From an uncultured Bdellovibrionales bacterium (GTDB lineage Bacteria > Patescibacteriota > Minisyncoccia > Moranbacterales > UBA1568), in NCBI GenBank assembly GCA_964543815.1, contig CAZIZG010000001.1, positions 116,265 to 180,264 of the forward strand: a stretch of DNA of 64,000 nucleotides. Direction: 5' to 3'. How positions within the stretch are numbered: position 1 is the stretch's first letter; each line of letters opens with the position of its first letter. A program made the translations under genes and the position numbers. The notes below the pieces were generated by a model that had not been told where the DNA came from, did no database searches, and worked only from the letters and a program-made list of their open reading frames with translations. Below, piece by piece: positions 10,294-19,296 of the stretch.

Positions 10294-12081
10294 ATGAAGC
10301 TCCCCAAACTGACCGAAACAACCGATATTCTTCTCACCCTTTTTGGACTAACTTTTATTGTCTTCGGGTGGTTCGCACTCTCACTAGCCCTGGGGGGGCT
10401 TTTTCTCTTTCCACTGCTCGCTCTTGGATTTACCCTTTCAGCAACTCTAGCCCTTTTTATCCTGGCACGCCTCGTCAAACGATCCCCCCTTGAATTGAAA
10501 GCCGTATTTTTAGTTGCTTTTCTCTACGCTGCCATTATCGGTACTATTGCTGAACCAACTCTCTTTTCCGGACGGGATCAGGGCTCTATCGCAGAAGCCG
10601 CGTACCGCTTAGCTCAAAACACAGAATTAGCATTTTCAACCCCTGGAAGTAATGCTTTCTATCAAATCTACGGCGAAGGAGCCGCTCTCAACTTTCCTGG
10701 TTTCGCCTATACGAAAGGCGGCTACCTCCTCACCCAATTCCCTCTCGGCTACACTGCTTGGCTCGCTAGTTTTGTTTCCCTCTTTGGTCTCAATGGCTAT
10801 GCTATCGCCAATAGTGTCCTTCTCTTCCTCTTTCTTGTTTTTCTCTATCAACTCATCCGTTTGTTTGCAGCTCCGGCCTATGCCAGTGTCGGTCTTTTGC
10901 TCGCCCTCACTTCATTCCTCCCAGGCTGGTTCACCAAACTAACCCTCACAGAAAACCTGGCAGTCTTTCTTTTCGTTTTCCTGACATACAACCTTATTCT
11001 TTTTTTTCGAGAAAAGAAATTTATCTTTTACGCTGGCATCCTCCTTTCAAGCGGACTCTTTGCCTTTACCCGGATTGAGGGGTTTTTGTTTCTCCTGATA
11101 ACACTTTCACTCATAGCCTTTCACCAACATACTCGCTCACTCATTCGGACCTATCCCTGGAAAAGTATCGTTCTTCCCGCCCTTCTTTTCACGTTCTTTT
11201 TCTTTCGTGATTTTTTTATCAACCTCCCCTACTACAAAGTTATCGGGAAGGCATTATTGAAGTTTTTTGGTCGACTAAGCGACGGCACCCTGACCGCTGT
11301 ACCCGCCCAGTCCGGAAGCCTTGGTTCAGTGCTCTTTCTCTATGGTTTTCTTCCTCTTGCATTGCTTGGCTTCTTTGGTTTTCTTCTCTTTCTCAAACGC
11401 AAGCAATACATTCTACTCCTTCCGGCTCTCATAGTCTTCCCGACATTGCTCTATTTTTTCATGCCCAATGTCACTCCGGATTACCCCTGGATGCTCCGTC
11501 GCTACCTCTTTACGCTGTTCCCGCTCTTTGTATTCGCTGCCACGCTATGCATCGCTCTCCTGTTCTCCAAAAAACAACCAGTCTATCCGTTAACCATGCC
11601 ACGCGGCCGGCATCTCATTCTTCCCTCGCTTTTATTTCTTGGTCTCATTATCCTCCAGCTGCCTGCCTGGTGGTCACAACTCACCTACGCAGAAAATCGC
11701 GGACTCCGTGAACAAATTGCCTCGTTCAGTCAGTTTTTTTCAGACCGTGACCTCATTCTCGTTGATCAAAATGCGACCGGCAATGGCTTCGCCATGCTCA
11801 CTGGTCCTGGTCAGTACCTTTTTGGGAAAAACACTGTCTATTTCTTCAATCCTTACGATTTAGCAGCCCTTGATACTTCACCCTTTGACCACGTGTACCT
11901 ACTGACTCCCGAAGAAAGTCAGGGGCGATATATTGCTGCCTTTGGCAATCGACTCGCCTTTAAGAAATCAGTCACTTTCACGCTCAATCAATACGAAAAC
12001 ATCTCTCTCTCTCGAAGCGCCAATCGTTTGCCTCAACAAGAAACGCTCAGCACGACCAATATTCTCTTCCAAGTTTACTAA
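10294..12081 (+). CDS. Polytopic membrane protein, probable GT-C glycosyltransferase
   Basis: Many TMs, GRDQGS acidic loop after early TMs, LTE, TRIEG and WMLRRY motifs typical of GT-C-like proteins. Confidence 0.6.
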   Translation: MKLPKLTETTDILLTLFGLTFIVFGWFALSLALGGLFLFPLLALGFTLSATLALFILARLVKRSPLELKAVFLVAFLYAAIIGTIAEPTLFSGRDQGSIAEAAYRLAQNTELAFSTPGSNAFYQIYGEGAALNFPGFAYTKGGYLLTQFPLGYTAWLASFVSLFGLNGYAIANSVLLFLFLVFLYQLIRLFAAPAYASVGLLLALTSFLPGWFTKLTLTENLAVFLFVFLTYNLILFFREKKFIFYAGILLSSGLFAFTRIEGFLFLLITLSLIAFHQHTRSLIRTYPWKSIVLPALLFTFFFFRDFFINLPYYKVIGKALLKFFGRLSDGTLTAVPAQSGSLGSVLFLYGFLPLALLGFFGFLLFLKRKQYILLLPALIVFPTLLYFFMPNVTPDYPWMLRRYLFTLFPLFVFAATLCIALLFSKKQPVYPLTMPRGRHLILPSLLFLGLIILQLPAWWSQLTYAENRGLREQIASFSQFFSDRDLILVDQNATGNGFAMLTGPGQYLFGKNTVYFFNPYDLAALDTSPFDHVYLLTPEESQGRYIAAFGNRLAFKKSVTFTLNQYENISLSRSANRLPQQETLSTTNILFQVY

Positions 12082-12085
12082 CAGT

Positions 12086-13231
12086 ATGTCTCCCTTCCTC
12101 TCTCTCGTTCCATCACACCTCCATAAGAAATACCGGGTGCTCCGAGTTCTTTTATGGTTTAGCATTGTATCCGTGGTCACACTTTTTGCCTTACGGGTTC
12201 TTTTTCCTACGCTACAACAGAGTTTTGATTTCCGTACTCCTGGTTCGAGTCGCAATGCTATCATGAACCCTCGATCACCAGAACTCGCCCCACGAACCAA
12301 TGGTAAGATTGAGTCAGGTGGTACCCTCATCGCCGATACGGCTGTTATTGGCGATTTCTCACTCCTTCAAGTGGCGGTAGTTCTAGAAAAAAAATCTGCC
12401 CTACCAGCATCGCTGCTGTTTTCTCTTCGCCGCTCCTATCAAAGTTTTTTCTATCCCACCGGAGAGGCTGTAACAGCATTTCCAGCAGAATCAAACTATG
12501 CTATTAATGGCCAGTATTATGCCCTCCGGAACGGCACGCTCTACCCCTACGTCAGCGAAGCCGCTTTCCTCTCGCGTTTTCCTCATGACCAGGCTCAAAT
12601 TGAAGATTCTTCATTCCTCAATGAACACCCCATTTCGGATACCTGGCTAGGATTCCGCGTTGGAACCCTTCTCTCTAATGCTACCGGCGTCTTTATTGTC
12701 ACCAACGAAACAGAAGTACGGCCCGTAGGAAGCGCGGAAATTTTTCTCGCCTTGGGGTATAATTTTTCTGATGTCATACCCGCCAGTGAGGAAGAGCTCG
12801 GGGTATACAAACGAGGTCGAATCGTTCTTCTCGGCTTCGCTCATCCAGACGGCACCGTATTATACGACCAGGAAAATAATACTCACTATCTCATAGACCA
12901 GGGCACGAAGCGGCCACTTTTGGGCGTCTATCGTGATTTTCTGCGAGAAAAAACCCATCCTATTCTCGTATCGACAAGAGCGAGCGAACGAAGCATTAGC
13001 TGTACCCTCCTCCCTAATTTTTTTGGAACAAATCTGACCTGTGCCGCACCGCTTGTCTCGCTCACACCCGGCTTTGGCAATGATTTTCAGCTCCAACTCA
13101 ATAGCCCTGAAACCACTATCGATATCAACAACCTGACGCTCTCATTTGAGACTGCCAAAAACAAGCAGAACTTCCTCTCACTTCTCTCCCAAATCAAGCA
13201 GCGCCTCCTTGCTCGCCTTGGCGGCGTCTAA
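12086..13231 (+). CDS. Membrane-anchored extracellular protein with CPR-type beta repeats
   Basis: Single N-terminal TM; repeated (N/D)GT(L/V)L...Y(L/A)I..G.KR units; start set at MSPFLS, 4 nt after upstream stop. Confidence 0.7.
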   Translation: MSPFLSLVPSHLHKKYRVLRVLLWFSIVSVVTLFALRVLFPTLQQSFDFRTPGSSRNAIMNPRSPELAPRTNGKIESGGTLIADTAVIGDFSLLQVAVVLEKKSALPASLLFSLRRSYQSFFYPTGEAVTAFPAESNYAINGQYYALRNGTLYPYVSEAAFLSRFPHDQAQIEDSSFLNEHPISDTWLGFRVGTLLSNATGVFIVTNETEVRPVGSAEIFLALGYNFSDVIPASEEELGVYKRGRIVLLGFAHPDGTVLYDQENNTHYLIDQGTKRPLLGVYRDFLREKTHPILVSTRASERSISCTLLPNFFGTNLTCAAPLVSLTPGFGNDFQLQLNSPETTIDINNLTLSFETAKNKQNFLSLLSQIKQRLLARLGGV

Positions 13232-13240
13232 CGACACTGT

Positions 13241-13663
13241 ATGACTCCTCTTCTCCAAAAAATTACGACCTTATTCAGGACTACCCATACTAGCGGCTGG
13301 CTCTCCGTGATACACGCCCTTGCTCTCGAAACGCTCGTTGTTGGCTATATGATTTTCATCAGTCTCTTCACCATCGAAACTCTCCTCCCCACATTTATTA
13401 CCGTTCGTTTCAGTCTGACGAAGTTTTTCTTTCTACTCATTGCGGCGACGATGCTCACCTCGCTTCTCAGTCATCTTCTCTCCGTCAGTTTCCGCATCTC
13501 TTGGAATCTAAAGAATCCCCTCCTCTGGCTTGGGTTACTCTGGGGTATCGGCATTCTCATCATTTCACTCATCAAATTTCCTGTGGTACTCATTCTGATT
13601 CTTACCACTCTCTTCCTCGCTGTTGGCTATCTTTTTTGGCGCATATTTCTTGAGGAAAATTAG
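13241..13663 (+). CDS. Hypothetical 4-TM membrane protein
   Basis: 140 aa hydrophobic ORF, co-oriented and tightly spaced with upstream genes. Confidence 0.75.
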   Translation: MTPLLQKITTLFRTTHTSGWLSVIHALALETLVVGYMIFISLFTIETLLPTFITVRFSLTKFFFLLIAATMLTSLLSHLLSVSFRISWNLKNPLLWLGLLWGIGILIISLIKFPVVLILILTTLFLAVGYLFWRIFLEEN

Positions 13664-13670
13664 TCCGCAG

Positions 13671-13702
13671 AAAAAAAAGAGGAAGCCGAATTTCGACTTC
13701 CT
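13671..13702 (-). terminator. Rho-independent terminator (likely bidirectional)
   Basis: GGAAGTCGA-aat-TCGGCTTCC then T-tract on minus strand. Confidence 0.7.
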
Positions 13703-13723
13703 TTTGTGCGTGCCGCGCTCTGT

Positions 13724-14212
13724 TCAGTGCGGCTGACTGCGGCGATCGCGCGAGGCGAACAGATTCATCAGGTCGGACAGACTGCCCAGGCCGAGCTCCT
13801 GCTGCTCGATCTGCTTGAGTTGATCGAGGTCGAGCACCGACCAATGCGGACCGATGCCGAAGCCCAGCTTGCCACTGAGGCCGGGGAACTCCTGGAGCAC
13901 CGCCTCGTGAAACGTGGCTTCGAGCCACTTGGACCGGCGCGCCAGCGAAAGCGCCTTGGTCTTCGCGTCATCCTTGACACGAACCGGCGCGAGCGCGATG
14001 TCGAGCACGGCCACCTGGGCGTCGCGCGCTGCCTTCTGCTTGAGGTAGAACAGCGCACGGAGCGGATGTGACAGGGTGCCGAGCACGAAACGCCGGAGCT
14101 CCGAAGGCACGCCACCTGCCGGAACGACGGCCTCCATCTGCAACGCAGTGACCACCTCCAACTGACCCGTCAGGTCAGCGAAGAAAGGGATCTTGCCGAT
14201 TCTCTCGTCCAT
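13724..14212 (-). CDS. Hypothetical protein (GC-rich orphan cassette)
   Basis: ORF from MDERIGK with GGAG SD, upstream hairpin (14232-14275), own promoter and terminator. Confidence 0.65.
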   Translation of the reverse strand: MDERIGKIPFFADLTGQLEVVTALQMEAVVPAGGVPSELRRFVLGTLSHPLRALFYLKQKAARDAQVAVLDIALAPVRVKDDAKTKALSLARRSKWLEATFHEAVLQEFPGLSGKLGFGIGPHWSVLDLDQLKQIEQQELGLGSLSDLMNLFASRDRRSQPH

Positions 14213-14278
14213 GAATTCTCCATCTGTCAAACTTCGCCTACAGAAACAAGCCCTTGGCCTATTCCCAGGCGAAAGAAT

Positions 14279-14307
14279 ACTGTACCTCTTTTTGAGAATT
14301 TCGTCAA
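14279..14307 (-). promoter_or_regulatory. Sigma70 promoter
   Basis: TTGACG-17-TACAGT. Confidence 0.6.
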
Positions 14308-14313
14308 GTATTA

Positions 14314-15771
14314 TCAACTTAACGATTCGAGATCGAGCACCTCATCGATACGAATCTGGGCGACGAAATCAGGCACGTGGCTGACCAAAATCATGGCCCC
14401 CTGGTATTGATCGAGCGCCTCAGCAATCACCGGTAAGTGCCGGAAATTGATATGGTTGGTCGGCTCATCAAGAATGAGCAGGTCAGGCTTTTGCGCATAA
14501 AGACAAGCAAACATGAGTAGTCCCTTCTGTCCTTCGGAAAGGCTCTCTACTTTGTTCTGCATCAATTCTGCCGGCACCAGAAATTTCGTTGCTACCTTAT
14601 AGGCCAGTTCAATATTTTTTTCTGGTAATACTTCAAGTAATGTCTCAGCTACTGTTTTTTCAAAATCAAGCGTCGAAAAGTCCTGACGATAATAACCAAC
14701 CGTCACACCCGGAGTAATTTCAGCCCGCTCCGTATTGCCCGTCGCTAACTCCTCCAAAAACGTACTCTTACCAATACCATTCGGACCCGAAACGACGAGG
14801 TGAGTATTTTTCTTGAGGATCATGTCCACTCGCTTTATATTAGGACCAAACTCCCCGAGAACAGATACGGTCTTGATATTGACAATCGGTCCAACGATAC
14901 CATGGGTAGGGATTTCAAACGCCGGCAAAGTTTTATCCTCCTGACGCACATCAACTTTATTTTCCTCAAGCTCCTCGGCTAAAGTACGCATTCTTTTTGC
15001 CACGGCTCGAAGCTTTCCTCCTTTATTCGCAAAGACGTTGGCTTGGTCCTTTTTCTCCTGAATAGTCCGTTCCAAACGCACGTTCTCGCTCTGGGCTTTG
15101 GCAATACGTCGAGCAATCTCCTCCACCACATCATAATAATTCCCGGTGTACTGCTCAATCTGATGAGTAAAGATATCAAGATAGAACACTCCTTCCGTAA
15201 AAGCGTTCAAAAACTCAGCATCGTGCGAAATAACGATAACCGTTTTTTTATAATCGATGAGGAACCGTGTGAGATGCTCAATACCGGCATAATCGAGGTT
15301 ATTGGTCGGCTCATCAAGCAGCAGAATATCTGGATCCTGAATAAGGGCCGAAGCAAGAAGGAGACGCGCCTGCTGACCACCGGAAAACTGTCGGATTTTC
15401 TTATCAAGTGGCGGTACCGGTAAGTTCACCACTTCCAAAACATCTTTGATAAGCGCCGGTAAGTTCCATTTTTTTTCCTGAAAAAACTGTTCAAAAAATT
15501 CTTCAACGGTAAAATCGAGCTGCTCTCGCGGAATCGTCTGGCGCCCAATCGCCACCACAGCGTCTCGGTCGATGGAAATACGGCCGCCCTGTGGCTGCTC
15601 TTCCCGCGTGATGAGTTTAAAAAGCGAGCTCTTGCCAGCGCCGTTTTGGCCCATGAGCGTAATCTTGGAGCCAGCACGTAAACTAAAACTCACCTCATCG
15701 AGGATGGGTTTCTTATGCCCGTATTCAAACAATACCTTATCAAATCGGAGTACGACGTTATCTTTGGCCAT
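14314..15771 (-). CDS. ABC-F family ATP-binding protein
   Basis: Two NBDs (GQNGAGKS/FSGGQ/LLDEPTNNLD; GPNGIGKS/LSEGQ/ILDEPTNHI), inter-domain linker, no TMs. Confidence 0.93.
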   Translation of the reverse strand: MAKDNVVLRFDKVLFEYGHKKPILDEVSFSLRAGSKITLMGQNGAGKSSLFKLITREEQPQGGRISIDRDAVVAIGRQTIPREQLDFTVEEFFEQFFQEKKWNLPALIKDVLEVVNLPVPPLDKKIRQFSGGQQARLLLASALIQDPDILLLDEPTNNLDYAGIEHLTRFLIDYKKTVIVISHDAEFLNAFTEGVFYLDIFTHQIEQYTGNYYDVVEEIARRIAKAQSENVRLERTIQEKKDQANVFANKGGKLRAVAKRMRTLAEELEENKVDVRQEDKTLPAFEIPTHGIVGPIVNIKTVSVLGEFGPNIKRVDMILKKNTHLVVSGPNGIGKSTFLEELATGNTERAEITPGVTVGYYRQDFSTLDFEKTVAETLLEVLPEKNIELAYKVATKFLVPAELMQNKVESLSEGQKGLLMFACLYAQKPDLLILDEPTNHINFRHLPVIAEALDQYQGAMILVSHVPDFVAQIRIDEVLDLESLS

Positions 15772-15896
15772 AAATACTTTTCAGTAAAGGAGATTCTTGA
15801 AAAACACACCCTCGCTCTTGGATTACGCAGGGTAAATAAAAACGCCGTTTTCGGCAAAAGCATTCTGACACAGAATTTTGAAATACGCAAGGCATG

Positions 15897-15927
15897 AAAA
15901 AAGCGACGAGACATTCCCTCGTCGCTT
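15897..15927 (-). terminator. Rho-independent terminator
   Basis: AAGCGACGAG-ggaatgt-CTCGTCGCTT followed by T-tract. Confidence 0.7.
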
Positions 15928-15941
15928 ATCTGGTATTGGCC

Positions 15942-16268
15942 TCAGGCGATGGCGGCGGCACCGTTGCGCGGCAAGGTCGTCGCCAGGTAGATGCCCGCCA
16001 GTACCCCGAGCGACTGCCTGCCGCGTCCAATCATGCACTCGTCCATGACGGTGTGGAGTTCCTCGACAAACCGCCCGAGGACGATGAGGGCCACGTTTCC
16101 GCGCTTCGCATCGGCCCGATGGAGACGATAGCGTCCTTTGAGGAGGTCCACCGTGGCCAGGAGATCCTGCGGCACGATGAGTGCGAGCAAATGCTTGGCC
16201 TCACTCACACCACGAAGCGCGACGGCACATTCTTGGGCCTCTTGAAAAAGACTGGTCACATCATTCAT
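15942..16268 (-). CDS. Hypothetical protein (GC-rich orphan cassette)
   Basis: 108 aa ORF with GGAGAG SD, own promoter and terminator on this strand. Confidence 0.6.
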   Translation of the reverse strand: MNDVTSLFQEAQECAVALRGVSEAKHLLALIVPQDLLATVDLLKGRYRLHRADAKRGNVALIVLGRFVEELHTVMDECMIGRGRQSLGVLAGIYLATTLPRNGAAAIA

Positions 16269-16315
16269 GTCTTACTCTCTCCGGTGAAATTGCCGCTAAA
16301 CGGCGAAAAAAGAAC

Positions 16316-16359
16316 CAAATCTGTCATAACATTTTAGTACAGATTTGTATTTTTGTCAA
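16316..16359 (-). promoter_or_regulatory. Sigma70 promoter with overlapping 9-bp inverted repeat (candidate operator)
   Basis: TTGACA-17-TAAAAT; CAAATCTGT (16316-24) / ACAGATTTG (16339-47) flank the -10. Confidence 0.6.
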
Positions 16360-16398
16360 CCCCCATTATTTTGCCTTCTCACCTCTACTCTGAGACAG

Positions 16399-16438
16399 AA
16401 TTCCTCACTTTCTCACGACCGTGAGAAAGTGAGGAATT
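16399..16438. repeat. Perfect 19-bp inverted repeat
   Basis: AATTCCTCACTTTCTCACG-ac-CGTGAGAAAGTGAGGAATT, 5 nt after the GT4 stop. Confidence 0.9.
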
Positions 16439-16443
16439 GAAAT

Positions 16444-17559
16444 TTAACGAAAAATTACATCAAGAGTCTGTTTGGCACAAGTATCCCAGGAAAAATTCTT
16501 TAATCGTTCATTACCTTTCTGAACAAGCTCCATCCGGAGCATCTCATCTCCCCATAAGCGCTGCATTTTTTCCGCCATATCAGCCGCATCCTCAGCTTGG
16601 CAAAAAAGTGCTCCGTCCCCTGCTACTTCGATCAAACTAGAGTTCCCGGCTGTGAGGACCGGGATACCTGCGGCAAAAGCTTCAAGGAGAGGGAGACCAA
16701 ATCCCTCGTAGAGCGACGGGAAGACAAAAAACCGAGCGCCCTGATACAAAATACGCAGATCTTCAAACGACACCCTCCCTGGTAATACGATATCATCTCG
16801 AACCGAACTCCTTTTCCAAGCCTCTAGAATTCCTTGTGACAACCAGGCTGGTTCACCGGCGAGGACCAATTTCACCTCTGGAACAGAGCGTTTCAGTATC
16901 TGGAAAGCCTCAATCAAGCGAATAAGATTTTTTCTCGGCTGTAACGCTCCAACATAGAGGATATAATTTCGAGACTTGAGAAGATACTTTTGAAGCGTAT
17001 CAGCCACGATGACTTCCGACACCCTCTCACCAAAAAATTCTCCGTCAAAACCATGATGAATAACTGTTATACGCTCTTCAGGTACTACAGGAAAAAATTC
17101 AAGCAAGTCCCGCTTGGTTGATTCTGATACCGCAATCAACTTATGAGCTCGCTGCACCGCTGTCTCAAGCATAAAATTAAGTTTCAATCGGTGTGAGAGC
17201 GGAAAGGTTTCCGGATAACGACGGAAAGCTAAGTCATGAATCGTAGTTGTCACATCAACAGAACTCGGCATGACAAGTGGAGCCGCCTGAATAGGCAGAA
17301 AAAGCTTATCGGGTGTCTCACGAAAAAGCTCCCAAGCAAAACGTGTCTGCATCCAGGCTCGTGGAAACGACACCGATTGCTCGTGATAGTTTGGTAATTT
17401 CGGTGGCGCTAAAACAGGATTAAAAATTCCCTTATGATAGAGAGTGAACTCTGTCTTTGGTGAAAGGTCTCCAAAACGCTTAAGTATTTCTCGTAGATAG
17501 ACGCGCGTCCCATCGATGCGTGCATGATCGAGATCCGAAGCTTGGATGGCAACTCGCAT
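16444..17559 (-). CDS. Glycosyltransferase family 4 (mannosyltransferase-like)
   Basis: TIHDLAF, AVSESTKRD, VGALQPRKN, FPSLYEGFGLPLLEA; start set at MRVAIQ. Confidence 0.93.
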   Translation of the reverse strand: MRVAIQASDLDHARIDGTRVYLREILKRFGDLSPKTEFTLYHKGIFNPVLAPPKLPNYHEQSVSFPRAWMQTRFAWELFRETPDKLFLPIQAAPLVMPSSVDVTTTIHDLAFRRYPETFPLSHRLKLNFMLETAVQRAHKLIAVSESTKRDLLEFFPVVPEERITVIHHGFDGEFFGERVSEVIVADTLQKYLLKSRNYILYVGALQPRKNLIRLIEAFQILKRSVPEVKLVLAGEPAWLSQGILEAWKRSSVRDDIVLPGRVSFEDLRILYQGARFFVFPSLYEGFGLPLLEAFAAGIPVLTAGNSSLIEVAGDGALFCQAEDAADMAEKMQRLWGDEMLRMELVQKGNERLKNFSWDTCAKQTLDVIFR

Positions 17560-17566
17560 AAAAAAT

Positions 17567-18526
17567 TTATGATTTGTTTTTGGCGGCGCGAATATGCATG
17601 AGTTCAAGTGGTTCAGCAAATTTCATGGTCTCTGGCTTCACAACGAAATCTTCTACCGTCGCCCCAGAGGAAGACAGGTGAGCGACGAGCTCTGCCACGA
17701 GATGCTCCGGAGCACTAGCACCAGCACTCACCCCAACAGTTTCGACACCGTCTAACCAACGAGAATCGAGTTCCCGTACATCATCTACCAGGTATGCGAC
17801 TGTCCCACAGGCATTGGCCGTCTCCATGAGGCGCGTCGAGTTCGATGAGGAACGCGAACCCACGATAAGAACCAGGTCGCATTCTTTCGCGAGTGCTTTG
17901 ACTGTCTCCTGACGATTCGTCGTAGCATAACAAATATCCTCCAGTGGTGGCGCGATAATCTGCGGGTATTTCTGTTTTAATGCCTCAATCACCTGCTTGG
18001 TATCATCAATCGAAAGGGTTGTTTGAGTGAGATATACTAATTTTTCCGGCTGACCAATATCGAGACAGGCTACGTCTTCGACTGTCTCAATAAGTGGAAT
18101 TGATGCCTCGGGCACCTCCCCAAGTACTCCTACTCCCTCGATGTGTCCTTTGTGACCAATATAGATGATATGGTAACCATCCTTGATAAAGCGTTGGACC
18201 TCAAGATGAACCTTGGTAACCAATGGGCAGGTAGCATCAATCAACCGAATGCCTCTCACTCGTGCCTCATCATAGTGACTCTTCGGTGAGCCGTGAGCAG
18301 AGAAAACGACTACGGATCCTTCTGGTGCTTCCGTGAGCGATTCGATAGTCACCGCCCCTTTCTTCTCGAGAGCTTCTACGACATGTTTGTTATGAACGAT
18401 TTCATGCTTCACATACACTGGTGCCCCAAAAATCTCGAGGGTATCCTCCACCGCCTTCACTGCCCGAGCCACACCAGCACAAAACCCCCGGGGACTGGCC
18501 AATAATACTTTCTTGACTGATTCCAT
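17567..18526 (-). CDS. ispH: 4-hydroxy-3-methylbut-2-enyl diphosphate reductase
   Basis: PRGFCAGV, EIVHN, SAHG, DATCPLV, TQTT, ICYATTNRQ, SSNS, AGASAP; three Fe-S Cys intact. Confidence 0.97.
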   Translation of the reverse strand: MESVKKVLLASPRGFCAGVARAVKAVEDTLEIFGAPVYVKHEIVHNKHVVEALEKKGAVTIESLTEAPEGSVVVFSAHGSPKSHYDEARVRGIRLIDATCPLVTKVHLEVQRFIKDGYHIIYIGHKGHIEGVGVLGEVPEASIPLIETVEDVACLDIGQPEKLVYLTQTTLSIDDTKQVIEALKQKYPQIIAPPLEDICYATTNRQETVKALAKECDLVLIVGSRSSSNSTRLMETANACGTVAYLVDDVRELDSRWLDGVETVGVSAGASAPEHLVAELVAHLSSSGATVEDFVVKPETMKFAEPLELMHIRAAKNKS

Positions 18527-18553
18527 ATCACCATCATTACTGTATTACCCCCT

Positions 18554-19261
18554 CTAATCCTTGATCAGGGTACCTACGAACTTTTTACCCGCTACGTAAT
18601 TTGAAACATTCTGAAGGTCGCCACCATTCATGATAGCCACTTCCATCCCCTCTTTTTCAGCCATTTCTGAAGCGATAGGATCAAACGGTACGTTCATCCC
18701 GGGATTCCATTTCTTTCCCACAATCTTACGAAAATTCTTCCAGGTGATACTATCATACGGAGTAGCATCAGCGTGAGTGCGTGGGTCCTTATCATAGACA
18801 CGCTCGACATTGGATAAGTTGATAATCTTCTTCGCATCCAAGTACTTCCCAATCACGACGGCATCGAAATCTGTTGAGAATCCAGGACGCCAACCAGCCG
18901 CCACAAGAATTGGTTCTGGAGCGGAATAGAAATCCTCAAGATCGTGAGGATTGGTATTGATACGGGGATGAGCGTACTCACGAAAAATCGTACGAACGAG
19001 ATGAGCGTTCATACGAGTGGCATGAATGCCGAGCCAGTCACGATCTTCATCAGTAATCTTGGTAATCTGACCGGCCGCTTCAATATATCGACGCGCTGTT
19101 TTTCCGCCACCTGTCACCAGAATAAAGCGATATCCCTTTTTGATATGGGAGACGATAAATTTCTTGAAATTTGCCACGAACTCCGCATCGATATTCTCCG
19201 GCACCAAAAGTGATCCACCGAGCGAAATAATGATTCGTTCCTTCTGGTTTTTTGTGGCCAT
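18554..19261 (-). CDS. pyrH: UMP kinase, archaeal-type
   Basis: ISLGGS, TGGGKTARRY, DWLGIHATRMNA, PGFSTDFDA, YDKDP, PFDP. Confidence 0.92.
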   Translation of the reverse strand: MATKNQKERIIISLGGSLLVPENIDAEFVANFKKFIVSHIKKGYRFILVTGGGKTARRYIEAAGQITKITDEDRDWLGIHATRMNAHLVRTIFREYAHPRINTNPHDLEDFYSAPEPILVAAGWRPGFSTDFDAVVIGKYLDAKKIINLSNVERVYDKDPRTHADATPYDSITWKNFRKIVGKKWNPGMNVPFDPIASEMAEKEGMEVAIMNGGDLQNVSNYVAGKKFVGTLIKD

Positions 19262-19296
19262 AAAAGTATCAAAGCTCAAATTACAATATCAAAAGG

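Noticed and set aside
13706-14071. Plus-strand ORFs overlapping GC-rich orphans (also 15894-16337, 23391-23956 and minus 4009-4323)
   Set aside because: Promoter, SD and terminator all support the opposite-strand ORF; long shadow frames are expected in GC-rich DNA
16399-16438. CRISPR repeat or IS end
   Set aside because: Single palindrome, no spacer array or transposase
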